Source of the DNA: Phoronis australis
Lineage: Eukaryota; Animalia; Phoronida
Direction of reading: 5' to 3'
DNA length: 64,000 bases
NCBI GenBank assembly: GCA_002633005.1
Contig: NMRA01000148.1
Coordinates: 682,001 to 746,000, forward strand
A model generated the notes under the pieces. The model did no database searches. It saw nothing but the letters and a program-made list of their open reading frames with translations, and was not told the DNA's origin. Both the position numbers and the translations under genes were made by a program. This document shows, piece by piece, positions 49,901-61,630 of this stretch. The first letter of the stretch is position 1, and the number at the start of each line of letters is the position of its first letter.

Positions 49901-52900
49901 GCAACATGCAAATAACCACTCTGTCCCAGTAACGTTTGTTTGCACAATTTTTGACACAAGATGGCACACCAACTTCTACTTTTGCAAACAATTCCAGATA
50001 AACAAATTTTCTTTAAAATTTTATCAATCACCTAAAAATTTCCCTAAAGATCAAAAACAATTTGTCCTTTCCCCTAAATACAAAATAGGGTCATGCCTGT
50101 ATCTTGTCTTATTCAATTGACACCAAGTCACTTCAACTGAATACAGACATTTTCAACTAAGGAACACGTAAAACTGCATATTGAAGCGCAGAGCCCTCTG
50201 TTGTCACATGAGTTGTAGCAGAGAACCCTTTGTTGTCACTTCTACTACATAAAATCAATTGTACCGTCATTTTCAACCACGGAACTAGTAAGACTGCATA
50301 TGAATTGCAATGGAGATCCCTTTATTGTCAAAAAAATTATAGTTGAGAATGCTCTGTTGTCACCTCTCATCACTATTACACAGATGTATTTCCTCAAAGT
50401 AACAAGACAAAATGACCTTAAAGTCACCTCCATAATTGCTAGACACAAGTCAACTGAAATTCATCAATATGTCCGTGTTTATCGAGAAGAACAAAGAATT
50501 TACCAGAAAGTTAACATGGTGAAAACACCACAATTAGGATTTGGTCAGACATTCCCAGTACTTTTTGTAGTGAACGGAATTAGCCGTCACAACAGGGAAA
50601 TGGTGTTTTATCCAATAACATTTGGCATACAATCTAGCTAAGAATTTAGACACAGATATTTTAAAGATAAACAAGATGAAATCTTGTGAGCATTACTTAG
50701 AGATACTAACCAATTATGTCAGCGACGGTGAGTTTCAAAGATTCAGGTGTATCGCGATACTGAACAGCTGTATCTCTACCTGAGACGTACATAACAATGT
50801 CGTCAAGGCTCACGCCTTCATGAACTGCCATGGCTTTCATTACTTCCAGAAACTTGTCGTTCTGGAAAATACAAAAAAGTATATGGTTGGCTTACTGTAA
50901 CAGTTGGAAATCAGAAAGATACTGGTGTAAACAAGGTACGACTAGATAGGTAGATCGAAGGTGAAAATCAATGCTTTTGGCGTTATTTTCACTACAATAC
51001 AAAGCTTAAAATCTAAACCAGTGTTCTGTCCAGGAGGCAAAATTTCGATTGGGACCTCTTGCCACGATGAAATAGGTCTCAACTTACTAGGATGGGTTTG
51101 TAAAGAGCCAACACTTTGTTACTCCTAGAGAACATGCTTAGCACATAAACTGACATGATGCGACAAGCCAACTTGAGCAATAACAAACTATCAGTTCTCT
51201 CGAAGCCCTGGTATAACCTTCAATGTGACAAAGCCAACAATTTCATAATGATAAGCGATCAAAATTAAAAGTTATTTTTTTGTGATGGAAGGTGGGTTTG
51301 TTGCCGCTTAGAGAAAGTTTCACTTTGCTGTTAACATGGTTTGCAGGGAACAGTGGTCATCAACATTAGGCAAAATCTCAAGTATTTGCAAAAACACAGT
51401 ATACCTTTCACAAACAATAGGAATGTAACTACCACATTTCTGCGGTCCATTTCGTGTAGCGACTGTCTGGAGATGACCACAGCCAGAGCTCGGTTCACCA
51501 ATGCACTTGCTATGTGAAATGAACAACAGGAACATGGCAGTTACAAAGTGTTTGTCTCCTGTTCATTACGTTAGTCGTAGGTTCAAATCCCACTAGATCC
51601 TTGAGTCACGTATCAGCTCAGTCTTAATTTGTGTATGTGTCTATGTGTGTTATTTGTGTAGTAAATGAAAAATGCATTCAGGTGTTTGGTGCAATGGGAC
51701 TGGCCTAACAGCCTACGTAGGTCTGTCAAAATGTGCCTCAGACCACCAGCACTATTTTTTAGCATTAAAACAAATTCTAAGTTTACCATAGAATTGAATT
51801 GTTACTGAAGCTCATACTAAACATGGCATTCCCTTTGATAACTTCAGTTTGAAAGTTAAGAGAACTTTTGACACACATTGTGCTCCACTCTATTTCCAAA
51901 ACAGAAACTCTGAATGGTCCGTGTCTGTTTGGATCTAAATAGCAAAAAATATGATGTCTTTTACGACCAGTTTCTTGTCTTGGAGACTGAGAGCAGGTCT
52001 GTTAGTGATAGTCTTGTCTACATTACATGCACTATAGGTTGGCAATAGCCAAATTTGAATTGTTATTTTAATACTCTAAATCCCTGTAAATGACTCAGAG
52101 ATATTTGAATATGGGAGCACCTTATCAAATGTTCACAATGTTCACATATGATAGCCGCAGAGAATGGAATCATGTTATAAATAGCAAGTCACAATTAGTC
52201 ACGTTTTAAAAATTTCAAAATGTCAAAGGGAAGTAAGTCTCAATTGCTACAGGTTTTTTGATCCCTTTTGCACATCACATAATTATATTAGACAATATTT
52301 GTCAATGATAACGAAAAATTACCTAAATTCGCAATTTGTGAAAAAAGAAATGGCCACTTCGAGGAGCATAAAATAACTGTAAACCCAACAACGAACTAAA
52401 AAGCCTAATTGGCTCATAATTTGTCACAGAATTCTCAAAATACAACAAAATGTCACAGAATTTCAGGCACTCAAGTTTTGTTGCAGAATGTCACCATTTG
52501 ATAGGGAATCCATTCTCTGAAGTCTCCATGGTGATTGGAACAACAATGCAGGAGTAAACAAATGCCATGTTTACTAGGCTCCACATGCATCATGACTTAC
52601 TGGCTTCATTGGAAACCTTTGGACCCCTGACCTCGACCTCACTTTCATCACGACCTCTCGCTGTACCGGCCAATCAGAAACCACCTCTATGATTGATTGA
52701 CATTGGTCCTCTGTTCTGTCCCGCATCTCTGACAGTTTGTGAAAACTGTTAAGATATTGAAGTTGTCTGAAAAGTAGCGATAAATACTTTGATTGACATG
52801 CCAAACACCAAACAAGTAAAATACTGTATGTTATCACAATAAGTAAAGCCCTCAGGTGCCATCAGACTTATTAGGCCGGATGCCAACTTCAGTTTCTGTG

Positions 52901-55900
52901 TGAGTGGATGAAAGTTGGCCATGACACACTAGCCATATTTTCAAAAACCTACAGCGCCCTCTGATTCTGATGTATGTACCAACAATGCTGTGCAAGAGTA
53001 TGGCTCTTGTTTCACAGTTGTACATTGTTGCCGTGCTAATCAAGATTTTAGAGTAATGCCAGAGAAGTTACACTGCTGCCTAGCAAGTTGCCATGCTAAT
53101 GCCAAAACTTTTGAAAACGTGAGTCTGATACATTATATGTTACCCATCTGTCCCAGCACAGAAACATTAACCTGTCTAACCTTTCGATAACCGGGGACCG
53201 GGGTCTAATCTTTTTGTTAAAACTCAAAATTATTTTTGGTACTGTCTATTCAACCTCTGTCCAAACTATTATTCTCTATCCGAGTACAATTGCTCACAAT
53301 GATAGCTGTCTAGTCCTAGGTCACGCTTGATGACCTCCGCATAAAGGCTAAAAGTTTAGTTTGAAAATTTAACTGAAATCTCTAGACTAGTTCTTACTTG
53401 AGTTTGGAGTTTGAATCAAGGCAATATCAAGTGTGAACTTGCGACTAGAAACTCACACGCATAAAACATAATGTACTCAGCTACAGAATCATAAAGTTCG
53501 CGCAAAAGTAGAACGAAGACCACCAAAAATAATTTTGAGTACAAGGATTCCACCCGGGCCCCGCATCAGTCATACAATGCGTATTTGCTACCTCCACGAA
53601 AGACGCGAGTTGAATTTGGGATGCAGATATTAAAAAGAACTCCTCATCTGAGCAACTGGATGTACTTACGCTAAAGCAGAGGTGGTGGCTTTAGCTCTTC
53701 TCACTCGCGACCGACGAAGGTGTTTGGGTACGGGTGGAGGTGAAGGGGTAAAGGTTACAGGTGACTCGATGCAGACCCCCTCTGGAGTGGTACTGGCCAA
53801 AATAATAAACAGACGGTGAGCAAAACATTAAATGAACAGAACGTTAATTCTTCACTTATTTCGAAAAAAAATATCCCAAATTGTCATTTTCTATTTTTAA
53901 ACGTTAAATTTGTTTTTGTTGAAAAATTTGTGTGAACTAAGTACTAGGTGAAGCATTACTGTAGTTCTTCACCTATTTAGAAAAACTATGACTGACACAT
54001 GGAATTTCATTTTTCAATAAAAACAAACAGCAAAATTTCATTTTAATATCAAACTTGTTTGTATTGTAAAGATATCATGAAACAACACATAATAAATACT
54101 TCATTATTTGTCACATTGTAGTCAGCCTTTTAAAAATGTTGGCAAAATTTACTGAAGAATTATTGTACAAATGACTTGAGCGTATTATCAAAATGTAGGT
54201 TACCACATAAACTCAGAGTTGTTTAATCTGAACATTTCAGAGTTAGAGATTAAACTTGACTCCACAACATACTTTTGCTTCTAACATTTCAAAATTGTAG
54301 CAAAACTGAGATGTCAAAAGCTTTTTACATGTTTTAAACAATCTTTAAACAAATAAAAACAAGCATTTTTTTGCTTCTCATTTCAAAGTCTACAAGCATA
54401 ATTGAAAAGCCACTGAATTTTTACCAGCAGACCAACTGCAGCACTCCCAGTAATTTAGCGATTAGACGCGAATGTTCATGCGCTTGAAAAATGGAATAAC
54501 TATAGCATTTTCAGATTTCTACGTCAGAATTTTATTTAAAACATGAATATTTTTTGCAAGCAGGCTGGGCATTGGACTTAAACTTAGCCCACTGTTTTCT
54601 TCAGTTGACTATCCATGCAAATTCACTTACCTTGCAGTCTCAAGTATCTCCAGCTCTTCATCACTTCCTTTTTCTGTACTCTTAACTAAATTCTTTGGTG
54701 GTGAGCGTGATTTTGATTCAAACACAGCTTCTTGATCCAACTCTTGCACATCATCTAGGGTTATATACAAAATCAGAATAAAAGACCGACATCACCAAAT
54801 CAGTGTTCTCCTCTTTAAAACATTCAAACGGGACAGGAATTTAAAAGATTCTGCACTTATTTTAAACAAAATCAATTAAATACATTTTCCTGGTATGCAA
54901 AATAAACTGATTATACAGACTCTGTAGATGAAAGGCGAGTCAAATTAACTGAGCAACCAAGCGTCTACAACTGTGCGGCTTACTAATTGCTAGCCCGATC
55001 CAACAACAATAATAGTTATATTTACCATATTCCAATACAGAAGTACTTCACCCCAAAATTGGTGAAACACTCTATTGAGCAAATGACTCTGAGTCAAATG
55101 GCACTGATCTAGCTCGGTAGCTCTTTTATCTCATGTTCACAACACTACCAGATATTCCATAAGAACAGATGTATTAAATGGTGAATAGACCTTGTTCATA
55201 TCTTATTAATACAGTTAAAGAGGCTGTAGTACTAGGATTTACAAGACAGATGTATTAAATGGTGAATAGACCTTGTTCATATCTTATAAATACAGTTAAA
55301 GAGGTTGTAGTACTAGGATTTACAAGACAGATGTATTAAATGGTGAATAGACCTTGTTCATATCTTATTAATACAGTTAAAGATGCTGTAGTACTAGGAT
55401 TTACAAGACAGATGTATTAAATGGTGAATAGACCTTGTTCATATCTTATTAATACAGTTAAAGATGCTGTAGTACTAGGATTTACAAGACAGATGTATTA
55501 AATGGTGAATAGACCATGTTCAGATCTTATTAATACAGTTAAAGATGCTGTAGTACTAGGATTTACAAGACTAAATACGTTGACACTTTCCCAGATGCAG
55601 TGAAATGTGTTATTTCCAAATAATTTTGGGTGCAAAATGAAATGAGTGTGCAAAATGAGTGGTGAATTACTGTACTATTCACACAGTACAAATTCAAAAG
55701 TCTGTGTCCCCACATTGGAGATTAACAAAATTAGCCTGGAAACACATTGGACAGAAGCCAAAATTCATTAAATGTCTTATTTAATGTTCTTTTATTAATA
55801 TCCTATCTGAAAAAAATCATCCAGTTGGTTTTCGACATAATTTTCATACTCAGCTGTCTTGAGTACTAGAGACGCCTGGGAAATAACCGCAATGGATTAG

Positions 55901-58900
55901 CACCAAGTCCAGGGGGGAGTTGAAGGACTCTCGTTTACACATGCTACAGTAACTGAAATTAGGAACTGGGCAAATGAGCTTGATCTTCCATGAAGAATTG
56001 TTTGTACAATACGCATCAAATCATCAGCAGGATGTCAAAAATGAGAAACACAGCAGCACCCTACAAAGGCTGAATAAAGGGGCGAAACTCCACGCGTTTT
56101 GGCATAGACGGGTGTAGACGAGACATTGGACTCATGGCCCACCATTATTTCCACAAATCTTACCAGTATTGTCATTCACAATTTTCACAAGGTCTTCTTT
56201 CCGTAAAATTTCCTTCCGTAATGCAGTAATCCGGTCAGCTACACCCCCACTGAACACATGACAGTCTCTTTTTGCAGGTAAACTGCTACCGCTCAGGGCA
56301 CCACTGGGCTTCAGATTTCTGATGCCTCTCACAGTTGTTGATTTCTTCATCTTTAGTACTGGTTCTTCGTCTGAGGAACTGTCTGAATCTGATTTTTTCT
56401 TAGGTTGCTTTACTGGCTCACTTGTATTTGTCTACAATATCAATTTACAACCAAGTGACATTCCTTCGCCAAAGATTTTGGTCGTCTTAACCGACTGCAA
56501 GAAAAAGTTTCAAAAGATCTGTTGCATGGTATTAAAAGAAATTAAACCAACAGTGTACCTGCAATTGACACATTACGTGCAATCAACACCCTAAAGATTT
56601 CCGTTGAGCCTTAGCGAAACCTATTACACTTGAGCTGTGGAATAGGTTTTTCATTGCTTTCCGATATGATGCTCAATAGATAAATCACTAACTGAAAAAG
56701 CATTGAGAGTCTGGTGAGTCAGACATTTCCGCCCTCTCTCTATGGGTCTTGTTCACTGACTGGATTTTCCCGATCAGGTTGGACTTGGTTCTGGAATTAG
56801 GTCATACATCGCTGTAGCTATAAGCCTTGATCCCTGTTCAAATTGGGGTGTATGGTTCTAGATGACCTTCTTGTGCCCAGCTTTCATAATCATTGGCAGT
56901 CAGAGCTCTACACATGTGAGAAATCTCATCCCTGCAGTCTTGGTTGAGGGCAACACAGTTCTCTGCTCTGTTGATGAGAGTGCGTATGACAGAGCGTTTG
57001 TGCTGTACGGAACGTTTTGAGCGAAACTTCATGTATTAATCAGTATGAGTGGGCTTGCGGTACACAGTAATTTTGGCAGAACCGTCATCATCCACGTGTA
57101 TGCATAAATCGAGGAATGGCAGTTTAATATCGGTGTCAGGTTCCATGGTGAATTGAATGTGACGGTCGATGCTATTGATGAGTGCAAAGAAACTGTTGAG
57201 GTGGTACTCATATATGACTACGAAAGTGGTAGAACTGGTTGTTACACTGAAAGCAATGAGACAGAAACTGAGCAACTGGCACATATTTGATCAACAGAAA
57301 GTTCAGTTCCTTGTGATAACAAAGTGTCATTATTCAAACCATGTAGTAGGATGGTAAGTACTTTATCGGCAGACACACTGGTGAACAGAGCACTTACATC
57401 GAACGAGACCAGCTTATTACCAGGGGGTACCTCTAGATCTCGTAATTTATCGACATCTTAACTGTTGAGAGCAGTATGGATGTTATTAACTCCAAGTAGT
57501 CTCCAGTCAGTGAACAAGGTCCTTGGAGAGAGAGAGGGCGGAAACGTTCGACTCACCAGACTCACAATGCTTTTTGCAGTAAGTGATTTATGTATTGAAT
57601 ATTACAATTAAGTTGCAATACCTTGGCTTTGGATTAGTTAGCAACAGTATTCAAAGAATCTGTCTACACACGAAAGATGGGTCTATTTAAAGTGCCACAA
57701 CGTGACATAATTTGCTAAAAGCCATCTGGCATACAGGCAATTCAATAATGCTTGATCTCAAGATCAAATACGTGGAATTCCAAGACCACTCAAGAACTTG
57801 AAATTAAGCAAATACGAGGTTTCTAAACTATGAAACACATGTACACTGTACAATTTAAAGCTATACATTGTGGCCTGTTATTTATCTTCCTTACAATCAG
57901 ATGTCATGATTGTAATCCCTTAAATGATTCTCTGAACCAGTCGGCAGCGGGCAATGGTTTTTTGGTTTGAGCGGTTACAACACATTTAATGATATGCCAA
58001 GGAACCAAGTTCAAATCCTGCCCATTAAATCTGTACATTTTTAGGTCATGACACCCAATTGTGTTCCGACCCGAAAACCTGCAGAGATCAACTTCTCAGT
58101 AGACGATCTAGGACAAAAGGAGAACTGCAAACCCCAGGACACTCGGGCAGTGTAGCTGAGGGCAAACTCCGGGGCACTTGGAAACTGTAGCTGAGGGCTT
58201 ATTGCAGGTTGCTAGCAAAGTTGCTACCATTTGACACCAGGCAGCACCTCTGTTAAGCAAAAATTAGGCCTGGTAGAAGTGTTTTGAAGCCATGTGCTAA
58301 AGACGCATAGTGTTATAATACAAAGGCCTCTTTTAATCACTTGCCTACTGGCAATTTCTCTCTTGTCGACTGGTTAAGAAATCTGTCTTTAAATCGCGAG
58401 ATTCCCGGTTCAAATGTGGCTAGAATCAAATGATTTTTCACCATACTGACACTCAACAACACGAGTACATGCTCATAATGGGAACACATATAGCTCCCTG
58501 AGTTTGAAGTAGATGCAGAGAAGGAGGACCTGGTGTGGAATTCCAGGCGGCATCACCACTCCCTTATTACTTTGGATGGGAAGAATTGTTGATCTCAGCG
58601 TATCATGTGCCTTGAAGCAATTGCTCATTGACCAACTGGTGAAGAGAACAATAAGAAAATGTCCAACTTTAGCTAACTTGGGAACGACATCTCTTAGAAA
58701 AGGCTTAACGGAATTCACATGATGAACTTTCAGATACCATGCACTTTGCACTGTTTTTGCTCCCCAAAGCACTGTGAAGGGTTGTTTTTAAAATGTTCCA
58801 CTTTTCCACCAGGGATAATAGAAATAGGACTTTATGATCTTTATGGAAAAACTCAAAATGTGCCACGAAACGAAAACAGTGACAAGTTAGAAAACTGTAA

Positions 58901-59951
58901 CGCCATTTTTTGATATTCCATCTTGTACATTTATACCAAACAAAATTTGTTCGCTTTATTGATGCTGTTTTACTATATAAATGTATCTGTACTCCTAAAT
59001 TTTACTAAAAAAACACGTGGTCACGTGACACAATAAATGGCAGATTGTTACAAAATCAAAAATCCATTTCTACTGTAACAGGCAATCTCCTCAAAAGCAT
59101 ATTTTTACTGAGTTAAAATCTATAGTTTTGCAGATATTTGGGAAAATACACACTCTTGTCAATAATGTACAACATAACCTTCGGACAACTGGCTTTAAAA
59201 GCGTGATGTCTCGAGATTGAAAATCAGCTAGAATAAGGTGATTTTGGCTATAATCCTTCCTCAAACAGTTGTTAAATGCTCCCAGCAGGGCTTGCAAGCA
59301 GGCAATTGTATCTTGCTTTGACCGGTAAACGAGGCACTGGTCGGATGCAATGATCCCTGATTTACAAAGCCAGGCAATCACTGAGGTGGTTATTCGATGG
59401 ATGAAATTGGTTCTTTAATCAGGAACCTATATATCCAAAAAGTTCCGTTAACAACACCACGGAGTCAGAGATGTGGTTCTACAGTTCTTGAGTCTGAGCG
59501 CAGAACTGCTGTGTGTGAACTTGGAATCCTGCTTATCTTAACATCGCGTGACCTTGGAATTGAATATTCTTTACTCTTCCCTGTAGTTGATTACTTAATT
59601 AACAACAGGTTTCACTTGTTTGATTAGTGGTATTCATATAATAAATTAATTACTGGATTTAATCATTCTCTCTCCATCTACGCACAATCTCAAAGAATAG
59701 CTAACTCGTGTATTCCATGATCAAGCAGAAAACCAACAATTCATGACAATTGTTCAGCACAGCAGACCCACTGACTTCAATCAGAGCCTAATTGTAAATT
59801 TGAGCAAATTCCTGAAAATCAAAAAGCACCCAGTACCGAAACTAATGAAAATAAAGAAAGAACGAGACTTCATGGACAACAGAACTGTGAAATCGTCTAC
59901 CAAGCTTACCCTTTCAGCACAAATGTCAGGCGTATTTTGAACGTCGTCCAT
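46975..59951 (-). CDS. NFATC2IP: NFATC2-interacting protein (NIP45; RENi/Rad60-Esc2-NIP45 family with two C-terminal SUMO-like domains), ~385 aa
   Basis: Exons: 59951-59910 (tentative first exon), 56431-56164, 54754-54631, 53792-53670, 52766-52601, 50861-50711, 49476-49352, 47133-46975; GT-AG and phase-consistent. A low-complexity N-terminus (DSDSSSDEE, PSPPP) precedes SLD1 (MKVRSRSGVQRFPM...DTPESLKLTVADIIEC) and SLD2 (ISLRLQGKD...KFRFDDDPISPIQTPEELEMTDDDCIDV*). Confidence 0.88.
55165..55572. repeat. 81-bp minisatellite, 5 near-identical copies
   Basis: Unit acagatgtattaaatggtgaatagaccttgttcatatcttattaatacagttaaagaggctgtagtactaggatttacaag. Confidence 0.93.
56673..57598 (-). mobile_element. 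Penelope-like retroelement fragment flanked by inverted terminal repeats
   Basis: Minus-strand RT/thumb relic INSIDRHIQFTME...KLPFLDL...TVYRKPTHTD*YMKF.S....QHKRSVIRTL, with SFDVSALFT upstream. 56673-56764 is an inverted copy of 57502-57598. Confidence 0.85.
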
Positions 59952-60544
59952 TTTGCCGCGAATGAGGTCGCTCAAGTTAACAAAAACGTTTATTTTTTTT
60001 TCAAAAATAAATGAAATAAAAACGCAAATGTAATTTTGAGTTAAATCAAAGCAATGTTTCCGTTCTTTTTTGGACTTTAAGTAGCCGAATGTAATATGCT
60101 ATGATTAAATATTTTTGTTAAGCGACCACGTTGTGATCATGTGACCTAGAAAATGGCAGAAGGTGGGTTGGTTGTGATTACTGATGTGCAAAATGTTTTT
60201 AAAAAAAATACTGGTTGTTGCTCCAGTTATGGCATCCGTGTTTTTTTTGTAGTGGAATTAATACGAAATGAGCGCGCAGAATTTTCAAAATAAGTTGAAT
60301 GTATTCGTATTCATTCCAAAACTCTCCTGTCAAGTTCCTATTTCAAAGGAATGAAGAAATCGGTAATATGCCTAATATGGCAGTCACTCATTACTATACT
60401 TATATACTATGAGTCATAGTCGCTGTCACTGTGTGACACTGTCATTTATCCAGACACTGGCGTTGAGTGTGAAATAGTGTACCTGAAGTGCTCTTCTTAT
60501 ATGCATGTTCGGTTTTGTGGGCACAGCATTCTCTCAATCCCATC

Positions 60545-61630
60545 TAACTGACATATTTGAATTATCACTCGGGTCTGCCATTGTCCCATCTGACTGGCGA
60601 AGTGCAGCATAACCCCGTTTTCAAGAAAGGTGAATAAATACTTACCCGAGAACTACAGTCCCATATCACTAACCAGTATAGTGTGTAAAATGCTTGAACA
60701 TATAATTGTCCGCACGATTTTAGACCACCAGACTGTCACTCAAATATATATATCTGCAACAGCATGGATTCCTGTGAAACCCAATTGCTGGGCTTCATCG
60801 ACATGATTAGTTTAGCGTCTTAGGAAGAGTTATGATGCTCTCGTAATGGATTTCAGTAAAGCCTTTGATAACATAAACCATTCCTTACCGATTCACAAAT
60901 TAAACCAATAAAGTATATCAGGTGCTAATTAAGAACTGGATTGTAAGTTTCCTAATTGGTTGACAACAAACTGTACTTGTCCGAGGTGACAAGTCATCAA
61001 GTATACTTATGTCTGGTGTAACCAAGGCTCGGTAATGGTCCATGCTTGTTCCTGTTGTACATAAATGATATTCCCCTTGGCCTGTCTAGTAAAACCAGAC
61101 TATTTGTAGACGATACAATATGTTACAACATTTCCAACTAAACCGCTGACAGAGAAGCTCTGCTGAAAGATCTAGACAGTCTTGCCCTGTGGGAGGACAA
61201 GTGGCTTGTGGCTTTCCACCCAGACAAGTGTAGTGCCCTCACTGTGACCAGAAAATGCCAAATCCAGCCCACCACCTATGTACTTCACAATCACACCCTA
61301 AAGTCGGTCAATGAGGCTAAGTATTTGGGCGTTACCATCTCTCGTGTTCTCAAATGGTCGTCCCATATAAGCAACATTCAGAAGAAAGCAAATAATACCC
61401 TAGGCTTTCTTTGGCAAAATTTGCGTATAAGCAGCCAACAGTGTAAGGAGTTAGCGTATAAAGCAATGGTTCAACCCACCTTGGAATACAACTCTACTGT
61501 TGGGACACCTATGCCCACAGACATTGCTGCTACAGAGAAAGTACAGAGGAGAGCTGCTTGTTGAGTCACGAGACGGTTCAATCGTCTATCCTCTGTTGGG
61601 TCAATGTTAGAAATCTTAAACTGGCACCCT
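60545..61630 (+). mobile_element. Degenerate CR1/L2-group non-LTR retrotransposon reverse transcriptase fragment
   Basis: Frameshifted motifs FKKG...PENYSPISLTSIVCKMLEHI, QHGF, DFSKAFD, QGSV..P.LFLLYINDI, LFVDDT, FHPDKC, KYLGVTIS..LKWSSHI, YKAMVQPTLEY, EKVQRRAA. Confidence 0.88.

Noticed and set aside
55165-55572. CRISPR-like repeat
   Set aside because: Units are identical end to end with no spacers.
58365-58425. tRNA gene (A-box and B-box-like motifs; similar at ~51530-51600 and ~57960-58020)
   Set aside because: No cloverleaf can be formed. At most these are decayed tRNA-derived SINE heads.
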